Shown here: in pieces, positions 57,001 through 64,000 of the stretch
Layout of the letters: every line of letters starts with the position of its first letter
Position numbering within the stretch: the first letter of the stretch is position 1
From: Penicillus capitatus
Lineage: Eukaryota > Plantae > Chlorophyta
Length of the DNA stretch: 64,000 nt
Direction: 5' to 3'
Assembly (NCBI GenBank): GCA_965649825.1
Contig: OZ287697.1
Span: 2,094,351-2,158,350 of the forward strand
Translations under genes and position numbers: made by a program
Notes under the pieces: model-generated
What the model was told of the DNA's origin: nothing
The model's database searches: none
Seen by the model: the letters and a program-made list of their open reading frames with translations, nothing else

Positions 57001-58001
57001 ATGGGGTGGTACTTTGCCAAGTCGTCGACGCTTTGTACAGGGACTCTCTTTTGCCACGTTCGTCGGTGGGTCTCAGTGTTACCGAGTGATGTGTATCGAT
57101 GTCGAACATTCTGTGCAGCACTGGGTGGAAACTTCGCCGGAGTGTCATCCTTCCTGCTGAGCCTAGACGGAGGCCATCTGGCAGAAGAGACAAAACTGGA
57201 TGTCCTTGTCCCGGTTATGAACTACAGTAGATGCTGGAATCCAGATATGGGTTTCGGTAAGAGTCGATCGAACACATCGTGGGGAAAGCTCTCACCCGAA
57301 CCGTTACAGAATTTCGGTATCCAGCCCGTTGGCTGGCAGACCAACGTTTGGCTAGGAGAGCTGCCGAGAGGATCGAACAGGAGAATCCATTGGACCTGCC
57401 ATCGCCAAGATCTCCGCGACCGGCATCGTATTCTCTAGATCCTGTTGTCGCTTTTGGTCCGGCAGGGGGTCGGTGAGTTCTTTACTATCGAAAGACGATC
57501 TCTCGTGAGATGGCTGCAGGGGAGAGGAGAATATTTCTGTCATCGTGACAGACGTGGCGGAAGGTTTTGAGTTGGCGGCGCTGGGCATACCGGAGGAAGC
57601 TGCACAGAAGCTGTTGCAAGAGAGAATCGCGCCGAAGGGATCGAACAAAACGGCCACTCTCATCCAAGCCACTCAACGGTGCGCCGCCATCTTCTGCGAA
57701 CAGTGTCGATTGCTTTCTGTCGTAGCGTGGACACCATGGGCACTCCTTACTACACCATGGAGTACACCGTCCAGAGTGCATCCTGGTTCCGACACAATGT
57801 GGCTGTCTTTGCCGTTAGGTATGGGTCTTCCTCCAGCTCCGTTGTGCATTGCAAGGAGGCAATGTCTTGTGCAGAGCGTGCAAGCTCTATACGTTCAATG
57901 CTCAATGCTCAGAAGCGCAGTGGAATGAATGGAGAGAGCCTTTCGAGATGGCGGCTTACAGTTTTCACATCTTTCCCCGTCAAGCCGCCCTACAGTTCTG
58001 A
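57001..58001 (+). CDS. PsbP-domain thylakoid lumen protein, multi-exon
   Basis: FRYPARWLADQ, DPVVAFGPAG, NISVIV, YYTMEYTV...RHNVAVFAV, KLYTFNAQCSE; start uncertain. Confidence 0.82.
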
Positions 58002-59470
58002 GTGGTCACTAGTTGCGGACCGAGACATCTGCTGTAACAACACATCGATCGAAGCTGTCAGCTCTCTAAAATACTCCGTTCTTGTATCGTCTTCATGCAT
58101 CGCCTTCTCCGCCGTCTTCTTTCGATTCCTCAGAAAGTCGCCTAAGACATCGAGCGCTCAAGGAGAGCTAGAAGCTCGGCAGAGACGTACCCAGCTTAAG
58201 GCTGTTGAGGATATTACGCATCTCTGGGTTCTCGGACATGGCTGAAAGCGTCATCATCGCCTTCTCCACGACATCCCAGTCTGTCTCGTGTATGGCATTC
58301 ATGATCTGGCGAATGAGATCTAGAAACAGGGCAGGGCGTTGGCAAGGATCGTCGAGTGAGATGCACCTCGATCTTGAATGACGAGGTTTCCAAGCTGCAT
58401 CAGATCTGCCAGAAGCGTCAGGCACTTTTTCTTCAGCCGTGCGGATTCTGTCTTCTCCAGCACTGCATGGAGGGCCCGCAGGCCACCTGGATGTCCTCGG
58501 GTAAGCAGATTGTCGCACATAGCTACGAAGCACGACCGCTTGCATAGAAGTCTGTCTGAAGCGCTTCCAAATTGCGAATCAGAGATGAGATCGCATACAG
58601 ACTGTTTGCCACAATCATCGGATCTTGATCGTTCAACAGCTGCCATAAAAAAACACCGTTGCGGATGTCCGAGGCGCCGCAAGATGCACGACCTTTATAA
58701 GTTTGGACAGGATATGTGGATCTTCCTTGTACAGATGCGACTGAAACGTAGGATTGTTCGAAGCGGCGATGCCGATGACCGACGCCGCCAGGGCAGAAAA
58801 CTCATTCTCCATTAAGTACTGTACCAGGACAGAGACCCCATCCAATTTCAGCAAATCTAAGACACCCAGCACCATGATCGGCTTCAGTCTGCCGCATAAA
58901 ACCAGACCATTGGCATTGTCAATGCGATCGACCAAGGACTGCAGTGTCTCCAGCGCCTTCACGATGACACTTCCTTCAGCAGCGCGCCCATTCAGAACGC
59001 CAATTGCCTCCTGTGACGATCCGCGTTGCCATGAGATGGCAACTGTATTGAGTGACCGGTCACACTTTCATGATGTCTGTCTCCGACACTTGTTGCGAAA
59101 TCAGTTTTGTCCACTAAAGAAAACAGTGTGTGGACTGGATTGTGAGAGAAGAAATGATAGGGACCGACCTCCTGTACACGTTCTTTCTGCTTCTCGATGA
59201 ACTCCATTCCTCGATTCTTCATTTCTTCCGCCCGTCTTTTCAGCTCTTTTGGATCACTGTTCTCTGCACGACTGGCAATGCTGTCGCATACGAATGGGCC
59301 GTGTTACCTATGGCCCAGTTCAGTACGCCCTGTAGGTTGAGACCACCGTCTTGGCCAAAGGCGCCGAGCACAGAGTCCAGATAGGACTGATTGCGTTCGG
59401 AATCCGCATCGTCTGACGCCGAGACGACGCAGACCGAGAACATTAGTAGCCAGAGCAGAGGGTGCGCCAT
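57990..59470 (-). CDS. SIL1: ER-lumenal SIL1/Fes1-type Hsp70 nucleotide exchange factor
   Basis: Signal peptide, LQSLVDRIDNAN, AASVIGIAASNNPTFQ, LYAISSLIRN; last exon after a 49-nt intron ends HSEL-stop. Confidence 0.82.
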
Positions 59471-59540
59471 CAGTGACAGCAGTCGAGGTGTTCGGTGATG
59501 TGACGTCGTAACAGGATGATGAATCGGGCAGGCGTCCCTT

Positions 59541-62500
59541 TCAGCACTTCTTACAAGATTTTAACCATTGCGTGATTGTTGCTTGGAGTTCCTCGTTAGG
59601 AATGAGCATATCTCCTGTCAGTTCTGCACGACTAAAAGGATCCGTCAAACTCGTCAAGAGATGACGTTCAATGGTGGAACGATCCACCGTAATCTTAGAA
59701 TCTGGCAAAATCACAGGATCCTGCATCGCAGTCTCTTGACAGAGCATCTACGACGGTTAGAGAGCACACCTTCATCAAGGTCATCATGATGGGATCCATG
59801 AAGTCATCAGGAATGTCTTCTGCTGATGGCCCATCCATCGTCTGTTTCTGTTCACTCTTGTGTAAGTCATAGTCCGTCAGCAGTTCATTTAGACGCGGAA
59901 TCCAGTGAGTCTTCTTATGGATATTGATGTAGACAGTTTTCCAGTCCATCCCTGATAAATAATGCAGGCAGTGGGAACTGCATGACAGTTCTTCTGCCAG
60001 CGTTTTTGCAATAGAGTGCTTAGATGCATCCTTATTCTCTACGGCCAAGCACACATGCCCCTTCAGAAGTGCACGTCTGGCGGTATGGATGCCGACCTTG
60101 GTATGCTGATGTGCGGCTCACATGGATTTCGCTGTTGCTGTCGCTGTGCAAGTAAATCAAAATGCCAGCCACCGGAGCCAGTATAGAGAGTCTTGACATC
60201 TTGGACTTCCATTCCGATCCCGTTTGTCGAGCTTCGATGACGGAATTGAAGGCAGATGAATCGGGTCCCTCAGTTATGTGTGACAGAACGTAGGCCACCA
60301 CTTCCACCACGCGTGTCATGTTCAGTCGAGATCCCGTCAAGAACACTGCTGGCACTTGACCTGCCACCAGTTCGAGGAGTCTGAGGAGATTGGTGGAGAG
60401 GCTGAAAAGGACAGAGGCCTTGCGAGGTTGACGGGACATCATGGAGAAGCTCATGTTGGGAACGCGGGTCACGATCTCTGCCAACTCATTCAAAGCAATC
60501 GCCAACTCTGTCAACGTCCAATTCAGATTGCCGAACAGTCGATTGAGAAAACTGTCCAGCAGAGAGAGATCTGCATTGCAGGTCGATGCAAAGAACTCTC
60601 GGAAGACTGGAGAGCCACTTGTGGAGGATGCCTAGATGAAAAGACGTGATGTGACGTGCCATGGAGGGCGGACATTGACGCACATGTCCAAAACCCGTTC
60701 CCTTGCCGATACTGAGCAGAATGTTCGAAATTGGCAGCCAATGACGTGTGTCAAAGCCTTTCAGCAGACCCACGATGAGACGTCCACGTGCATCTGGATT
60801 CTTTTGACACACTTTCAAGAAATCCTGTATCCGAAGAACAAACAGTAACCGTCATGATGTGACGTTCAGATGAAATGGACTGGTGGATGGATGACCTTGT
60901 CTGCAAAAATGGTGCTCAGTGCTTGGAGAATAGAATCGCACACGTGGGGGTTGATGATCTTTGGATGATTGAAATGCGTCACGAAGAAAGAGAAGACATG
61001 CTGGAGACCTGCTCTCTCCAATTCGATGTGGGTGGCAAATCGCGGCTCCATTTCGGCTAATGCCTGGAAAACCTCGACGACAGCTTCGACGTAGACCTCC
61101 GGGACGTAGAGCATCAGATCCGACGGATGCGCCGAAATGGAGGCCATAAGTTTGGAGACATAAATAATCAAGTGAAAGAGTGACTTCTGTTTCGTATGTG
61201 TGAGCCAGACCAGTTTGCACCAGGCCGATTCTCGAATGGCCTTCTCGACCTCATCCTTCTGTTTCTGTATTTCGGACGGCAACTGCTTTCTCTCCTTTTC
61301 TGACAACTCTGGATCCACCAGCTTGCTCTCCATCTTCAGCAAAGAATTCCTCTGAGCAGTTTCTGTCTGAAACTGCTTGAGACACTGCAGAGAAGGAGAA
61401 ACTGTTGAGCAGAGAGGGATCGAAATGGATGGGGTGTACGCACCACTTTCAGGGCAGCTTCGGGGCCAAGTCGGAATGTCAGCAGCAACATATGCAGAAG
61501 CTTGGGTATCTTATCTTCCAACACGTGGCACCGTGGCACTTCGATCGTAGATGTGTCAGCATCGATGACCACGGATACCATTTCGGGAAACTGTTCGATG
61601 ACGTCCCTCGTCAGATGGGACATCAATCCTCCGAGACGCGGCAGGTCCATATCCACCCCAGTCCCATGTCGAAAGACACCCTGCACGAACATACCCTTAG
61701 ACAGATGATACACAGACATACAGCAGGTCAACTTCGACAAAGAGCTCCTTGACAGGGAACTCCTCCAAACAATCTGTCCCGCTGGTCTTCTCCATCACTA
61801 AGTAGGGAGACAGCAGTGCTGCGAGAAAGTGAAAGATCGAGACCATCGCCGTCGGATCTGCCATCCAGGTGCATCACGGATGGGACGATGGATAGGAAGA
61901 CTCTGTACCTGACAGACCAGGCGGTGGGATGTTTCTGGCAGCTCCGGCGTTCTTCTCCAGCAGATACCGCAAGAAATTGAGAAAGACATTTGTTGGTTTC
62001 CGAAAAAGACGATCTTTCCGTTCGACGTCTTCCGATACCACAGTCATGAGCAGTTCAAATTGCAGCTGTTCGATTTTTTGGTAAGTGGTGGAGAGGGTGG
62101 ACACCAAGGAACGCATGATGTCCTCAGACATCGTCTCATCTTTGCATCCCTTCCACCAGACATTGGGCAACAGCTCCTTCAAATCATCCGTCGTTGGCTG
62201 CTTTCGCACCAAACATCTCTCCAACAGTGCAAAAGCTCGATCGGAGGCGAAGAACACTTTTGCTACTACAGGGGAGCGCAGCAGGGCCACAAAGAGACTC
62301 AGATAGGGATAGGAGGCAGTATAGGGCAGCTCTGAAGCGCGAAAGGGCATGACAGCACAGCTATCGGCGATGTGCGTCAAGAGGGTCTCTGTTAGAGCAC
62401 AGAACTCTATGGGGCCCAATGCATTGGCCAGATGATCCATGAACAGACGCACGGCATGTGTGGACTCCATGCATTTGTCACCCAGCAGTCGTTTCAGACT

Positions 62501-63529
62501 GGACACAATGCCTTGCTGAATATGAAATGGATTTCTCAAGAGGGGGCGCAAATGCTGAACAATCAAGGCTCCGATCAGGACCCCCTCATCAACGGTGAGC
62601 TTTGAACTTCGAAAGACGGGAGACATTGCTGACATGGCATTGGTGGCAGCCATCGTCATTTCGATCAATCTTTCCAGACACTCTGTCAAATACTCCACCA
62701 CAGATTGCTCCCCATTGGGCGGCGGCGTCTCGCACGGATGGTATCCGTCGATCGGGAAATAGAACGGCTGCGTTCCAAAGTTGAGTGTACAGCGCTCGTC
62801 TTCTGAGAGACTGATGGCGGGAAAGTAGCCCAGCTCGGGTTTGAGGGTACGGATGTCGCGAAAGGCCGTTCCCATGGATTTGCCGTTACGATAGAACACG
62901 AGCTCTCCGTCGTCGAAGTCGGCACAGCATCCAATCACATCACCTGGTGCCCACGCCTGTCCATAGTTTGCCGCTTCGACACTCCATTTCTTAATCCTCT
63001 TTCCATCAAAGGCATAGCTGTCTTCACCATCCCCCACACCCTCTTCGCGATTGAACAGACATGAAAGAGTGGCCCATCCGATTTGCTGAATGCCCCCTGT
63101 GCCCAAAACTGCCTCATACATCCAACGTCCCGCATAGAAGCAATGCGTGGCTCTGCAGCTGCTGAAGTTGCCTTTCGATTCGACGCAGAATCGATTTTCT
63201 TCGGATATGACGAGACGACCGAATCTGGAAGCAACGTCGAGTTCGACATGCTCTGGACCAAGACGGCCTTCAGGTGGCAGTGGGGTTTCTTGTGTCGCCA
63301 GCTGAGCCGTGCGTTGCTGAAGAGCCTCCTCGACAGCGCGATAAAGAATGCTGCCTCCTTCGACCAACACGTAGCTGCGGTCGACATTCAGGACGTGACG
63401 CAGGGCGCTGTTGAGTTCTTCGAGTTTGTCGCTGGCGGAAGACGTGGGACGCTCATGCGGATCATCCTGCCTCAGCAAAACGGCGAGGCCTTCGGACTTC
63501 TTTCCTTTTTCACTTGGTTTCAATCCCAT
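59541..63529 (-). CDS. RKP/KPC1 (RNF123)-like E3 ligase: SPRY + KPC1 core + C-terminal U-box
   Basis: SPRY ([25 protein letters not shown]), [20 protein letters not shown]; C-terminus [15 protein letters not shown]|[28 protein letters not shown]. Confidence 0.88.
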
Positions 63530-64000
63530 TCGAGTGACAGATGACAGACAGTGAGCCAAAGGGCACGCTGAGATGAAGTTTAGACGGTGCGCGCACCGGC
63601 AGTTCGATCATGTACCGTCATCTTCAGAAGATTCTTCCATGTCTTCGCTGCTTGTTTCGCTCTTCTCTTGCGCAGAAGACCTCGGATCTGCAACACAATG
63701 GCGTCTCCTTATCCTTTATGAGTTGTCTAATGACCTGGATTGGTGTCAGAAGCGTCTTGATGGGACGGAAAGATCAAGGGCGCTTTGCCGATGTCTTCCA
63801 GGAAACGGTTCTCGGCCAAGAATCGAATGCACTGCAAGACATAGGACTTATCTCTCCTGATCCATATGATCCAATTCAGAAGATCACACATTGCACGATG
63901 ATCGATCGTACGAACCTGGTATCTCTGTACAGGAGCTTCTCCAGCAGAGACATCGGTTTTCGGGGAATGCCTTGTCGATTAAAGGATCCCTAAAGTAGGG

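Noticed and set aside
1-64000. Possible TAA/TAG=Gln genetic code as in some ulvophytes, prompted by TGA being the commonest stop
   Set aside because: Very long ORFs (1260, 561 and 522 aa) have no internal TAA/TAG, and SIL1 ends HSEL-TAG as expected for a true stop.
1-64000. tRNA, rRNA, CRISPR arrays and prokaryotic defence systems
   Set aside because: None seen; the sequence is intron-containing eukaryotic nuclear DNA.

Overview
Eukaryotic nuclear DNA from a very compact genome, most likely a chlorophyte green alga. Evidence: nuclear, transit-peptide-bearing plastid rps15 and rpl13, a PsbP-domain gene, NOA1, an SP1-like ligase, a plastid-type biotin carboxylase remnant, GT-AG introns of about 50 nt, and the standard genetic code. 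The left ~39 kb is a rearrangement hotspot. It holds a very young, minimal 4,743-bp Ty3/gypsy-type LTR retrotransposon (12537-17279) with identical 139-bp LTRs and a GTAAG TSD, inserted in exon 1 of a DMT transporter paralog. It also holds a ~14.8-kb-period direct duplication that copied the element with its flank, and a ~6.8-kb inverted repeat (17933-24684 / 32412-39200) enclosing a 7.7-kb single-copy cassette (NOA1, RING, SAP, TGT). The repeated block carries fragments or pseudogenes of an NPC1/Patched-like gene, a short XPF paralog and SAC1, and the three copies are mosaics of each other. The right ~25 kb is dense ordinary gene space: intact NPC1/Patched-like gene, organellar TyrRS and HisRS, AT-1, DMT, rps15/rpl13, SP1-like, Hakai, PsbP-domain, SIL1 and an RKP/KPC1 homolog. 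Best leads: (i) the retroelement's architecture (ORFs running into both LTRs, TG...AA ends, protease in ORF1, a -1 frameshift signal before pol, a dUTPase-like fold upstream of RT); (ii) an RKP/KPC1 ligase whose C-terminal RING appears replaced by a UFD2-type U-box; (iii) rps15 and rpl13 start codons only 14 nt apart. All homology calls are from motif recognition by eye; no database search was run.
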